In this document: piece after piece, positions 49,849-59,708 of the stretch
Numbering within the stretch: the stretch's first letter is position 1
Layout: every line of letters starts with the position of its first letter
Source of the DNA: an uncultured Candidatus Saccharibacteria bacterium
GTDB lineage: Bacteria > Patescibacteriota > Minisyncoccia > Phycocordibacterales > UBA918
Direction of reading: 5' to 3'
DNA length: 64,000 bases
Assembly (NCBI GenBank): GCA_964350645.1
Contig: CAYGJY010000001.1
Coordinates: 142,316 to 206,315 of the forward strand
Program-made: the position numbers and the translations under genes
The notes under the pieces: generated by a model
Told to the model about the DNA's origin: nothing
The model's input: only the letters and a program-made list of their open reading frames with translations
The model's database searches: none

Positions 49849-50406
49849 TTATGTGGTTGGAGTATCAAGTTCACTCAAAAATAGTATAAGGTTTTCTACG
49901 TGTTCATCTAGCGTCATGCCAAAATCTTCAGTGCCGTTTAGTATGTGTGAGCGATCAATGCCTGGCGCAAATCGTTCTTCCCTGAGACGTTTTTTGATTG
50001 ACTTTGCTTTCATTTCACCAAACGGAATAGGGTTTAGTTTTTGGTACGCGTAAAAAATACCACAGATTTCGTCGCAGGCAATCAGGGCCTTGGCTAGGGG
50101 TGTTTCAGGTTTAGTATCAAAACCGTTAAAACCATTAGCATGCGCTTCGACAGCGTGAATGAGGGTGTCAGGATAACCCCACTCTTTGAACCACACCAGA
50201 GATGGACCGGGATGCTGGGTTGGGTGCTGGTCATAGTCGACGTCATGTACATAGCCAGTTAACCACCAGAGCTGCTCATTTTCGCCTAATTTTTTTGCGT
50301 AACCAGCCATAGCCGCACCCACCATAAGGGCATGGAATCGCTGGTATTCGTCATTGACGTGCTTGAAAAGGAGTGTGGTGGCTTCGGCTTTGGTCGGCAG
50401 ATCCAT
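49849..50406 (-). CDS. HD-domain phosphohydrolase
   Basis: H...HDVDY, HPG, EAH and LIACDEICG motifs. Confidence 0.85.
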   Translation of the reverse strand: MDLPTKAEATTLLFKHVNDEYQRFHALMVGAAMAGYAKKLGENEQLWWLTGYVHDVDYDQHPTQHPGPSLVWFKEWGYPDTLIHAVEAHANGFNGFDTKPETPLAKALIACDEICGIFYAYQKLNPIPFGEMKAKSIKKRLREERFAPGIDRSHILNGTEDFGMTLDEHVENLILFLSELDTPTT

Positions 50407-50456
50407 ATAGCCAGTATTTTAGCACGATGTCACGAATGTGATACATTGAAAAGGTT

Positions 50457-51599
50457 ATGGTACGCAATACTAATGGCTCTGGATTTAGTTTGAAAGATGA
50501 GCTCTTTAATGCCAAAAAAGTTGCCTATTTGAGTACGCTTCTCAGTGCTGCTGATGAGCAGTTTGATACAGTTGGCTTTGAGAAAGCAGTTAACAAAGAA
50601 TTATCACAGCTAGAGTTAAAAGCTCGCATCATGCATATTGCGACTTGTTTGGAAAAATTTTTACCAGTAAATTACGAACAAGCGATCAAGGTGATTTTAA
50701 GAGCTCTACCACCACCACTTGATCCTCATAAAACTGATAATGATTTCGGCAGTTTTATATTTGCTCCATTTGGTGAATATGTAGTTCGTAATGGTCTGTC
50801 AGACAAGTATCTGAACCTTTCTTTGGTAGCACTGCGTGAACTCACAAAGCGATTTTCAATGGAGTTTTACATCCGACCATTTATTGATGCGTATCAAGTT
50901 GAAACATTGAAAGAGTTGCGCCTCTGGATGACCGATGAGCATTATCACGTACGAAGGTTAGTGAGTGAAGGAACGCGGGCTCGGCTACCGTGGGCAGGGC
51001 GGATATCGATTGATCCATTAGCACCACTAGAGTTTTTAGAAGTGCTCCATACTGATGCTGCGCGCTATGTCACACGTTCAGTAGCTAACCATTTAAACGA
51101 TATTACAAAAATTGATCCAGATATAGTAGTTACAACATTGAAACGCTGGCAGCATGACAAGAAACAAGGTGAAAAAGAACTGGCATGGATTACTCGTCAT
51201 GCTCTGCGAACGTCAGTGAAAGCTGGTCACCAAGCGTCTTTAAAACTGTTAGGGTATCAACCTAATCCCCGCATTAGTGTGTCGCAGATTGAACTCAAGC
51301 AGTCGGTTGTGCAGGTGGGAGAGGCTGTTGTGTTTTCGTTTTTAATTACCGCTGACTGTCCAGAGAATTTGTTAATTGACTACGTGGTTGATTTTGTAAA
51401 AGCCAATGGTACCACGCAGCCAAAGGTGCATAAAATTACAACTGTGCACGTGCTGGCAGGTGAAACTCTAAAATATACTAAGCGACATCACTTTCGCGCT
51501 GGAGCAACAACGTTGTCGTTTTATCCGGGTAGGCATACGGTCACTTTGCAGATTAATGGACGACGCTATACTAGTGCTGATTTTGAACTACAGGTTTAG
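50457..51599 (+). CDS. DNA alkylation repair protein (AlkC-like HEAT-repeat glycosylase)
   Basis: LTKRFSMEF, HVRRLVSEGTRARLPW and YVTRSVANHLNDI motifs plus Ig-like C-terminus. Confidence 0.85.
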   Translation: MVRNTNGSGFSLKDELFNAKKVAYLSTLLSAADEQFDTVGFEKAVNKELSQLELKARIMHIATCLEKFLPVNYEQAIKVILRALPPPLDPHKTDNDFGSFIFAPFGEYVVRNGLSDKYLNLSLVALRELTKRFSMEFYIRPFIDAYQVETLKELRLWMTDEHYHVRRLVSEGTRARLPWAGRISIDPLAPLEFLEVLHTDAARYVTRSVANHLNDITKIDPDIVVTTLKRWQHDKKQGEKELAWITRHALRTSVKAGHQASLKLLGYQPNPRISVSQIELKQSVVQVGEAVVFSFLITADCPENLLIDYVVDFVKANGTTQPKVHKITTVHVLAGETLKYTKRHHFRAGATTLSFYPGRHTVTLQINGRRYTSADFELQV

Positions 51600-51913
51600 A
51601 GTTCAGTAAAATCAAATAGCACTTCTTCAAAGTCGATAATACGGTTTTTGTCAGTCAGACGAATACCTTCGCGCTTGTAGAGTTTGCGACGTTTCTGCTC
51701 GAATGCTTTAGTAAACCACACCTTACCGTCACTGTAGACAATGCGATGATAGGGGATAGCCCCCTGATTAGGAGCTTTGCTTAAGACATGGGAGATACTT
51801 CGGGCAGATTGAGCGCCGCCTCCGGCGGCGCGCGCCAAGGCCCCGTAGGTCGTTACCCGACCAACTGGAACGGCGATTGCTAATTCCCATACCCGCTGAC
51901 TGAAACTAGACAT
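51596..51913 (-). CDS. MGMT-family alkyltransferase-like protein (no active-site Cys)
   Basis: VPVGRVTTYG...AR; PYHRIV in place of PCHRV. Confidence 0.8.
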   Translation of the reverse strand: MSSFSQRVWELAIAVPVGRVTTYGALARAAGGGAQSARSISHVLSKAPNQGAIPYHRIVYSDGKVWFTKAFEQKRRKLYKREGIRLTDKNRIIDFEEVLFDFTEL

Positions 51914-51930
51914 CGCTGTAGTATAAAAGA

Positions 51931-52449
51931 TTAGCTGCGAAAGCGAAATTTCTTGGCGCACTCCCAATCGCGTGTGCCGTTGATGCGGTAGAGCATGAGG
52001 GCGTAACCGAGATTACCCTCGACTGTCGTTATATCAAGATCTGCTACAGTGAGATCAGTTTGTGTACGGGTATTATAACGGTACACAATTTTTGGGTCTG
52101 GGTGTTTAGAGGCAATAATTTGAGCTATGCCAGTAGCACTCGAACCAGCTTTGTTGGTGAGAACAGTGCCATCAGGATTAAAGTGTCTAAAGTGTGATTC
52201 ACATTTTATGATAGGAATCATTTCAGGGGCATCATTGTCAGTAAAAAACTCAATGACACGTTGCTCGAGACCGATGTTTGGATCGATTGTGACTGCAATC
52301 GGTGCAGGTTGGGGGGCAGCTTGAACAAAGTGATAGACACTCAGGCCTGCGGTCGACAATAAAAATGCTGCTCCAAAGATAAGTTTGGTGTGCAGATGTA
52401 TAAGCGTAGCTTTTTTAGGAGTATGCGTGCGACGGTTTTTACGCGCCAT
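51931..52449 (-). CDS. Membrane-anchored lysozyme/lytic-transglycosylase-like protein
   Basis: N-terminal TM; IIKCES, ATGIAQI and GNLGYA...GTRDWEC motifs. Confidence 0.65.
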   Translation of the reverse strand: MARKNRRTHTPKKATLIHLHTKLIFGAAFLLSTAGLSVYHFVQAAPQPAPIAVTIDPNIGLEQRVIEFFTDNDAPEMIPIIKCESHFRHFNPDGTVLTNKAGSSATGIAQIIASKHPDPKIVYRYNTRTQTDLTVADLDITTVEGNLGYALMLYRINGTRDWECAKKFRFRS

Positions 52450-52566
52450 AAATTGTAGGAACTTATCTACGTGTGGTGGGAGATACGTTACCTGTCTTGT
52501 ATCTGTAATCGTAGCATGTTGAATACTGAAGGGATGTTGTTATCCACTTAGGGTATGATTGAACTA

Positions 52567-53301
52567 ATGTACATCTGGCTGACAGGAATCATTATTTTTT
52601 TGCTTGGAGCGGTTGCTTTGCTGGTGTTCACTGATGTGCTCCGCCTACTGAAGGTTGGGTACCTTGTACTGGTGGCAACGCCGTACCAGCAATCGGTGAC
52701 TGAAGCTGAAGGAAATATTTTGGTAGTCGGAGACAGTACTGCCTACGGTACTGGAGCAAAAGATACTACTAAGACAATTGCTGGTCGTATCGGAGCAGAT
52801 TTCCCAGAGTATTCACTTGAAAACCGAGGAGTGAATGGCTGGACGACTGGTGATCTAGCACTTGCTCTAGAATCTGGTGATCAGACTGAACGATTTTCCT
52901 TAATTGTGATCCAAATTGGAGGGAATGATACACTCCAAAAACGTTCTGCTGCAGATGTTGAGCGTGATATTAGAAGGGTATATGAAGCTACAACAAAGCG
53001 AAGTGACCGAGTAGTGATGATTTCTTCTGGTAATGTCGGCGCAGCGTCTGCCTTTGTCGTTGCTGGTCAAGCAGACAAAAGCTTTGAAAACCAAACGCGT
53101 GTGGTCAGAGAGATATTTACTAGAGTTGCTCCCGAATATGGTGTTACGTTTGTCGATTTGTTTGTTGAGCCTTCGGACGATGTCTACTTGCAGGATCCAA
53201 AAAAATACTTGGCCTTTGATGGACTCCATCCAAATGAGACTGGCTATGGGTACTGGTATGAGTCACTTGGCCCAGTCGTGCGAACACTGTTGGCTAAGTA
53301 G
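52567..53301 (+). CDS. SGNH/GDSL hydrolase, membrane anchored
   Basis: VVGDST, NRGVNG, IGGND and DGLHP blocks. Confidence 0.9.
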   Translation: MYIWLTGIIIFLLGAVALLVFTDVLRLLKVGYLVLVATPYQQSVTEAEGNILVVGDSTAYGTGAKDTTKTIAGRIGADFPEYSLENRGVNGWTTGDLALALESGDQTERFSLIVIQIGGNDTLQKRSAADVERDIRRVYEATTKRSDRVVMISSGNVGAASAFVVAGQADKSFENQTRVVREIFTRVAPEYGVTFVDLFVEPSDDVYLQDPKKYLAFDGLHPNETGYGYWYESLGPVVRTLLAK

Positions 53302-54670
53302 TTCGTTGTTGTTCGAGATCTCGAGCAAGTGACAACAAAATCTCAGCGTAGGTTGGGTGGTACCAGGTCATATCTATAATGTCAGCAGCAGTATTTCGGT
53401 TATAAACGATCGGTACGAGGAGCTGGATTAGTTCACCAGCGCTGTCAGGACCGAGAATTTGTGAACCAATAATCTTCCCAGTAGTCTTTTCGGCCACCAC
53501 TTTCCATAAGCCATATTCTTGTCGCTTGAGGATGCCGAGACCAATGCTATTGAAATGTCTGGTGGCTGTGATTACTTCAACCCCACGAGACTCTGCCTCT
53601 TTTTGAGTCACGCCAATAAGAGCTGATGGAAATTGGTCAAAAGAAACAGCTAACATGTGACGGTCATAGTCCATGACTTTTTCAGGAGTATTCACTGCTG
53701 CGTTATATCCGGCTACTTTACCCATTTCGGCAGCAAAGTGTAGAATCTGGTGATGACCGGTCACGTCACCGGCTAGATATATATGGGGGACTGAAGTCTG
53801 TAGCGATGGAGTATGAGAGATAGTGCCGCGTTCATCGATTTCAATATCAGTCTGGTCAAGTCCAATATCAGCAATATTTGGTCGCCGGCCAGTGGCAATA
53901 AGAAGTAAATCGTAGCGTTTTTCAATAGTCGTATTGCTGTGCACAATAGTGGCAATTATTTCATCGCCGTCGAGTCGAACTGAGGTAAGTTTAGCATTAA
54001 GGTGAATAGGAAAGCTGTTGGGATCTTTTGAGGCACGCACACGTTCTTCTCCAAATTCAGGGTCATAAGGACCGAGTGCAGCGCCTCGCTGCAGGACATC
54101 TACCTCGGTGCCTAGGTCATGGAAAAAAGTGGACAACTCAAGACCAATTGGACCGCCACCAATGGTCAGGAGCCGTTTGGGAACTGTGGCAAACTGAGCC
54201 TCTTTTGAAACTAAATCATGACTTAAGATTACTTTATCGCCGAGTGTATCAAGTCCTGGGATAGGAACAGTAAATGAATGTGAACCCGTCGCGATTACAA
54301 TACTCGCAGCCCAGTATACTGTTGTGCTGCCATCAGTATGTGTGATGGTGACAGTATGGTTATCGACAAACGTAGCGTGCCCGATGTCGATATGGAGTTG
54401 GTCGGCCGCGAAGCTGTCGGTTAAGGCTTTAAGGAGGCGGTCAATGTGCGCGTTTCGTTCTTGTATTACCGTTTCGAGGCTGCGACCTTGATGTGCTCCC
54501 GCTAGAATACTTTTACTTGGCATGCAGCCTTCTTCAACGCAGGTATTAATAATCTTTGGGGTATGCACCATCACTACTTTTTTTGCACCGGCACGCAGTG
54601 CGGCGCGAGTACTATTACTGCCAGCGGTGCCGCTACCAATAACGAGAACATCAATTTCTTTACTAGACAT
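53294..54670 (-). CDS. Class I pyridine nucleotide-disulfide oxidoreductase (dihydrolipoamide dehydrogenase family)
   Basis: VIGSGTAG, TCVEEGCMPSK, IGGGPIGLE, ATGRRPN and HPTYAE motifs. Confidence 0.9.
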   Translation of the reverse strand: MSSKEIDVLVIGSGTAGSNSTRAALRAGAKKVVMVHTPKIINTCVEEGCMPSKSILAGAHQGRSLETVIQERNAHIDRLLKALTDSFAADQLHIDIGHATFVDNHTVTITHTDGSTTVYWAASIVIATGSHSFTVPIPGLDTLGDKVILSHDLVSKEAQFATVPKRLLTIGGGPIGLELSTFFHDLGTEVDVLQRGAALGPYDPEFGEERVRASKDPNSFPIHLNAKLTSVRLDGDEIIATIVHSNTTIEKRYDLLLIATGRRPNIADIGLDQTDIEIDERGTISHTPSLQTSVPHIYLAGDVTGHHQILHFAAEMGKVAGYNAAVNTPEKVMDYDRHMLAVSFDQFPSALIGVTQKEAESRGVEVITATRHFNSIGLGILKRQEYGLWKVVAEKTTGKIIGSQILGPDSAGELIQLLVPIVYNRNTAADIIDMTWYHPTYAEILLSLARDLEQQRTT

Positions 54671-54743
54671 ATGTGGGTACTATACCAGATACTACGATAG
54701 TTGAGACTTTTTCCTGCAGCGGCAAACATCGTATACTTACTAT

Positions 54744-55847
54744 ATGACTACCTTGCACATTGCTTCGACCAGAGATCCATATATGCTCTATCGGTTACAG
54801 TATCTGATCGCTGATCCTTTTTATCTACTTGAGGTGGCCGGGAAGAAATATGTGTTTTTGTCAATGTTGGATATTGATGCCTTTCGAGCCGCGCATGAGG
54901 GCGATGTGGAAGCTGTTGACGTCGGGCCGCTTAGACGCGAAGCGTCTAAGCGGCCGGGTAACTCAATCGTTAATCTCGGCATATTGATCATTGAAACCTA
55001 TGCACCAGGTGAAGTGCTGATTATTCCAGACAATTTTCCAGTTATCGTGGCTGATGGCTTGCGAGCTGCAGGTATGTCACTGAAGGTTAATGATAATTTT
55101 TGTCCTGAGCGTCAGGTGAAGTCTTTGCTTGAAATCGAGAATATTCGAGAAAACTTTAAACATACAACCAAAGCGTATACATTGATTGAAGCGGTCTTAA
55201 AAGAAGCAGTGATTGATAACAATACGTTACTCTATAATGGTGAACTCCTCACCAGTGAATGGCTGAAGCGCGAGGTAGCAAAGCTGTTCTTGGAAGCTGA
55301 CCTCGTGAACACTGAAGGTATCATTATTGCTGGCGGCAGACAGGCGGCTGAACCGCATAATCTTGGCAGTGGACCATTACGCCCACATGAAACAATTGTA
55401 GTTGATATTTTCCCGCAAAGTGCAAAGAATCATTATTTTGCTGACATGACCCGCACATACGTAAAAGGAGACGTTAGTGATGAGATAGCTGCACTGTATG
55501 CTGCTGTTGCCGAAGCTCAAGCGAGTGCCCTGGCAGTGCTACAGCCAGGTCTTTCATATCAAGAAGCGTACGAAGAATCAGCCGAAGTGATCAAAGAACA
55601 TGGTTTTGATGTTGGCGATATAGGCTATATTCACTCGCTGGGTCATGGCTTAGGGGTCGAGTTACATGAAGCTCCTACGCTTGGACCAAACAGCGAGGGT
55701 GTCTTGCAGATTGGAGAGGTGGTAACCATAGAACCAGGTTTGTATTATCCTGATCTAGGTGGTGTGCGCATAGAGGATACGGTGGTGATTACCGAAGACG
55801 GTTATGAAAACCTCACCAACCACCCGCAGCACTGGCACATTTCCTAA
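54744..55847 (+). CDS. Xaa-Pro aminopeptidase (M24)
   Basis: ADMTRT, HSLGHGLGVELHE, TIEPGLY and GGVRIED motifs. Confidence 0.92.
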   Translation: MTTLHIASTRDPYMLYRLQYLIADPFYLLEVAGKKYVFLSMLDIDAFRAAHEGDVEAVDVGPLRREASKRPGNSIVNLGILIIETYAPGEVLIIPDNFPVIVADGLRAAGMSLKVNDNFCPERQVKSLLEIENIRENFKHTTKAYTLIEAVLKEAVIDNNTLLYNGELLTSEWLKREVAKLFLEADLVNTEGIIIAGGRQAAEPHNLGSGPLRPHETIVVDIFPQSAKNHYFADMTRTYVKGDVSDEIAALYAAVAEAQASALAVLQPGLSYQEAYEESAEVIKEHGFDVGDIGYIHSLGHGLGVELHEAPTLGPNSEGVLQIGEVVTIEPGLYYPDLGGVRIEDTVVITEDGYENLTNHPQHWHIS

Positions 55848-55870
55848 CCAGAAATGATGCGTTATAGTAT

Positions 55871-56707
55871 ATGATCATGAAGAGTCAATTTATCACTGCA
55901 TGGCACGAGGCCCGGAAAAATAAACAGAGCAACGTGATTGCTGGACTAGACCCCGCTCTTTTTGAGATTGGTCACGGTGAACGGGGTCTCCCTGAAGAAG
56001 CCGATCTGCTAGCGTGGTGTAGTGCTTATATTGATGCAGTTGAACCATATGTAGTTGGTATCAAAATAAATCAAGCGTATTTTCAGGGAGTTGGCTATCG
56101 AGGGATTCTTGAAGAGCTCATGCATAAAATAAGAAATTTCGGTCTGTTGGCTATTTCTGATAATAAACTAGCTGATATCGGTAATACAAATGAGGCTTGG
56201 ATTTATTTTAATAGTCTTTTGAAGTTTGATGCGCTCACGATCGCACCGTATGGCGGTAATATTGAAGAAGCGATTGCAATGACACACAAGGCCGGTATGG
56301 CAGCGATTACTCTTGGACTAATGTCAAACCCGGAATATCGCACTGAAATGATGTTTATTTCAAGTGAAACTAGTGAGCCACTGTGGCAGAGTAGGGTCAG
56401 GCGAGCTGTAGAAGCTCGGGTCGATGCGATCGTAGTTGGGGGTACCTATACAACTGCTGACCAGGCTTTTGTTGAGTTAGTTGCCACAACCAATGATACT
56501 GAGGTGTTGTATTTAGTGCCTGGTATTGGTGCTCAAGGCGGAAGTCTTGAAGCTTTCTTAGCTTCAGGCATTAATCCAGAGAAGTGTATGATTAACTCTG
56601 GACGCGCGGTGATGTTTCCGAATGGTTCGGGATCTACTCCAGCAGAACAAGCTGAGGCTGCCGAATCTTTACGAGATATGTTTACTACAATTGCGTATGC
56701 AGAATAA
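55871..56707 (+). CDS. pyrF: Orotidine-5'-phosphate decarboxylase
   Basis: GLDP, DNKLADIGNT, LVPGIGAQGG and INSGR motifs. Confidence 0.92.
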   Translation: MIMKSQFITAWHEARKNKQSNVIAGLDPALFEIGHGERGLPEEADLLAWCSAYIDAVEPYVVGIKINQAYFQGVGYRGILEELMHKIRNFGLLAISDNKLADIGNTNEAWIYFNSLLKFDALTIAPYGGNIEEAIAMTHKAGMAAITLGLMSNPEYRTEMMFISSETSEPLWQSRVRRAVEARVDAIVVGGTYTTADQAFVELVATTNDTEVLYLVPGIGAQGGSLEAFLASGINPEKCMINSGRAVMFPNGSGSTPAEQAEAAESLRDMFTTIAYAE

Positions 56708-57326
56708 TGATTGGGGAACACGTTTAGAAACTGAAGGAGTACTATGGCGGATGAATCACGTTGCTACTGGAGCTCACGCTGAGCTCACCTCAGGTAAGCA
56801 TAGCGATGGGTATTGTAACTGCGCAAAAATTGCGGTTGATCCAGCGCTGACAACCGAAGTCGCGACAGCCATGATTGGAAAGTTGTTACCTGCTCTTGGT
56901 GATGAACGGCCTGATTTTGTCATTGGTCCGGCATATGGAGCGATTACCTTTGCGTATGAGATCGCTCGTCAATTGGGGGTGCAGTTTGGTTTTACCGAGA
57001 TTGAATATACTGAAGCGGGGAAGATGCAAGTCTTGAAGCGATTTGAGATTCCAGCTGGTGCTAAGGTACTCGTGGTTGAAGATATTAAATCAACTGGCGG
57101 CTCAGCCAATAAAACAATCGAAGCACTTGAGGCCGCCGGAATTTCGGTTTTGCCGGTGGTTGGCTTGATTGGTAATTGGAGTGGAGAAGCAACGGTTGGG
57201 AATAAACAAGCCATAGCTCTCTTTGAGGGAACAATGAATATATATGACCCTGAGTCATGTCCACTGTGTGCAGCTGGAGGAAAAGCAGTGCGCCCAAAGT
57301 CACATTGGGATGAGTTAGCTAGGTAA
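56697..57326 (+). CDS. pyrE: Orotate phosphoribosyltransferase
   Basis: HAELTSGKHSDGY, GPAYGAI and PRPP loop VLVVEDIKSTGGS; overlaps pyrF. Confidence 0.85.
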   Translation: MQNNDWGTRLETEGVLWRMNHVATGAHAELTSGKHSDGYCNCAKIAVDPALTTEVATAMIGKLLPALGDERPDFVIGPAYGAITFAYEIARQLGVQFGFTEIEYTEAGKMQVLKRFEIPAGAKVLVVEDIKSTGGSANKTIEALEAAGISVLPVVGLIGNWSGEATVGNKQAIALFEGTMNIYDPESCPLCAAGGKAVRPKSHWDELAR

Positions 57327-57333
57327 GATGAGT

Positions 57334-57376
57334 ACATAAAACGCCGCCGGGACTATGTCCCGGCGGCGTTTTATGT
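57334..57376. terminator. Bidirectional terminator
   Basis: 20-bp inverted repeat ACATAAAACGCCGCCGGGAC-TAT-GTCCCGGCGGCGTTTTATGT. Confidence 0.88.
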
Positions 57377-57381
57377 TGAGC

Positions 57382-58356
57382 CTAATCAAAGAGTACACTC
57401 ACAGAAGTTCCTTCGTGAACGTTTTTAATTGCATCAGCCAGAAGTGGCGCTAAGCTCACAACGGTAAAATTTTTTGATCCGGCTAACTCAGGATGAGGAA
57501 TTGAGTCGGTGACAATGAGGGTATCAATCGGTGATGTTGTTAAGCGTTCAATCGCATCTTTTGAAAGGACGGCATGTGAAGCACAGACCGAAATCGAGGC
57601 TGCTCCAGCAGTCTGCAGGGCTCTAGCGGCTGTGATCAGAGTGCCACCGGTGTCAATCATGTCTTCGGTTATTAGACAGTGTTTCCCGGCTACTTCACCA
57701 ATGATATGCATCGCTTCAGCTTCACCAGGGAGGCCACGACGTTTGTCGATAATCGCTAGTGGCGCATTAAGGAGTGATGCGAATACACGAGAGCGTTTTA
57801 CGCCGCCAGCGTCAGCGCTGACGACAGTGTAGTCTCGTTTTGATTCTGCAAGTGCTTCAAGGAGTACATTGGTAGTATAGAGATGATCGAGGGGAATATC
57901 GAAAAAACCTTGGATTTGGGCACTGTGTAAGTGCACAGTAATAACCCGGTCTACTCCAGCAGCTTCAATCATGTCAGCGACCAAGCGAGCGGTAATTGGT
58001 ACTCGGAGTTTATCTTTGCGATCTTGTCTAGCGTATGCATAGTACGGCATAACGACCGTCACCCTTCGAGCTGAAGCACGCTTCAGGGCGTCGGTGAGCA
58101 CTAAGAGTTCCATTAAGTTTTCGTGCACTGGCGGGTTAGAACCTTGGATAATGTAAACATCACAATCACGGACGTTGTCATGGACTTCACACCTAATCTC
58201 ACCATCGTTAAATCGCTCGAGGGTCAGTTCACTCAAAGGTACTTCCAGGGTACTGGCAATAGCGTCTGCAAGAGAGGTATTGGCATTGCCGGCAAAGAGT
58301 TTGAGTGAGCAATCAGTGTGATTCTGGTGGGCGTGTGGACTAGGTTGATGTTTCAT
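57382..58356 (-). CDS. prs: Ribose-phosphate pyrophosphokinase
   Basis: RFNDGE, YYAYARQDRK, HLHSAQIQGFF and EDMIDTGGT motifs. Confidence 0.95.
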   Translation of the reverse strand: MKHQPSPHAHQNHTDCSLKLFAGNANTSLADAIASTLEVPLSELTLERFNDGEIRCEVHDNVRDCDVYIIQGSNPPVHENLMELLVLTDALKRASARRVTVVMPYYAYARQDRKDKLRVPITARLVADMIEAAGVDRVITVHLHSAQIQGFFDIPLDHLYTTNVLLEALAESKRDYTVVSADAGGVKRSRVFASLLNAPLAIIDKRRGLPGEAEAMHIIGEVAGKHCLITEDMIDTGGTLITAARALQTAGAASISVCASHAVLSKDAIERLTTSPIDTLIVTDSIPHPELAGSKNFTVVSLAPLLADAIKNVHEGTSVSVLFD

Positions 58357-58422
58357 GGTCCTGAGTATAGCAAAGTCAGTTAAGGGCTGTATAGAGGCGA
58401 AAAATATCGTATACTAAAATCA

Positions 58423-58794
58423 ATGAAATTTTCTGGTACGGTTGTGCATGGTGATGGATATGGCAGACAACTTGGTTATCCAACGGCTAATATCGACACA
58501 ATTGATTACCAGAAACAGGAACTAGCTTTGGCACAAGGTATCTACGCAGGTTGGGTGCATATTGAGGGTGGTGAAGTACCACATGTGGCAGCGATTGTAG
58601 TGAGTACTCAAGACGGAGTTGTTAAAATAGAAGCGCATGTCATTGATTTTGAGGGAGATCTCTATGGCCAGACAGTTTCGTTTGAAATATTACAATTTAT
58701 CCGCCCTTATGAGTCATACCAAGATGAGGAAGATCTAAAGAGTGCTATTGCAGAAGATCTTATTAAAGTACGTATGGTCTGCACCCATTTATAA
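58423..58794 (+). CDS. Stand-alone riboflavin kinase
   Basis: GTVVHGDGYGRQLGYPTAN, IEAHVIDFEGDLYG and FIRP motifs; lacks the FAD synthetase domain. Confidence 0.9.
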   Translation: MKFSGTVVHGDGYGRQLGYPTANIDTIDYQKQELALAQGIYAGWVHIEGGEVPHVAAIVVSTQDGVVKIEAHVIDFEGDLYGQTVSFEILQFIRPYESYQDEEDLKSAIAEDLIKVRMVCTHL

Positions 58795-58802
58795 TTACTG
58801 TC

Positions 58803-59705
58803 ATGGATATAAAGAAATACAGCTTACTTTTAATTTTTATCGCGGCCATTTTGTGGGCAAGCGACGCGCCTTTTCGGGTTGGTCTAACGGAGTCGCTCTC
58901 AAGCAGTACGATCGTGTTTCTGGAACACATTATTGCGCTCTTGATTGTGACTCCACTGCTACCTTCAGTGTGGCGAGAAGTGCGCATCCTGCAACTAACT
59001 GATTGGCTGGCCATTCTCTTTATCGGTATTGGTGGCTCAGCGGTCGCACTGTTTCTCTTTACAGAAAGTTTTGCCTATATGAATCCATCTGTAGTTATCT
59101 TATTGCAGAAGTTGCAGCCATTGATTGCGATCGGGTTGGCTACTGTGGTGTTGAAAGAAGTGCTTACGCGACATTTCTGGGTATGGACAGGAGTTGCACT
59201 TGCAGCGGCCTACGTGATTTCTTTTCCGACTTTGGTACCACAGCTGTATGTCGGGGAACAGTTTAATCCCAGCCTGATTGGGGCTGCACTCGCACTTGCT
59301 GCTGCCTTCCTCTGGGGGGCTTCGACTGTCTTTGGACGGTATGTTCTCAAGACTGTTGGTTTTAAAACGATGACCTATCTACGCTTTTTGGTGGGTAGTA
59401 TTTTTCTGTTATTACTAACAGTAAAACAAGGTACCCTGGCCGAGATCCCAACGATGACTCGCCATGACTGGTTTTTCATGCTGATCATTGCCTTCACTTC
59501 TGGGGCAGTGGCTTTATATATCTATTACCGTGGTTTAAGTGGCGCATCAGCATCAACAGCGACAATCGCTGAGCTCGGCTTCCCAGTTGGAGCAGTGGTA
59601 GTGAATTATTTCTTTTTAGATGCAACCTTGTCTCTGGTACAAATTTTGGCTGTAGCGGTATTACTGTTTGCAGTCTTGCGGCTTAATCGGATAACGACCA
59701 CCTAA
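58803..59705 (+). CDS. DMT/EamA family transporter
   Basis: About 10 TMs with duplicated EamA pattern; inside the riboflavin operon. Confidence 0.85.
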   Translation: MDIKKYSLLLIFIAAILWASDAPFRVGLTESLSSSTIVFLEHIIALLIVTPLLPSVWREVRILQLTDWLAILFIGIGGSAVALFLFTESFAYMNPSVVILLQKLQPLIAIGLATVVLKEVLTRHFWVWTGVALAAAYVISFPTLVPQLYVGEQFNPSLIGAALALAAAFLWGASTVFGRYVLKTVGFKTMTYLRFLVGSIFLLLLTVKQGTLAEIPTMTRHDWFFMLIIAFTSGAVALYIYYRGLSGASASTATIAELGFPVGAVVVNYFFLDATLSLVQILAVAVLLFAVLRLNRITTT

Positions 59706-59708
59706 GGT

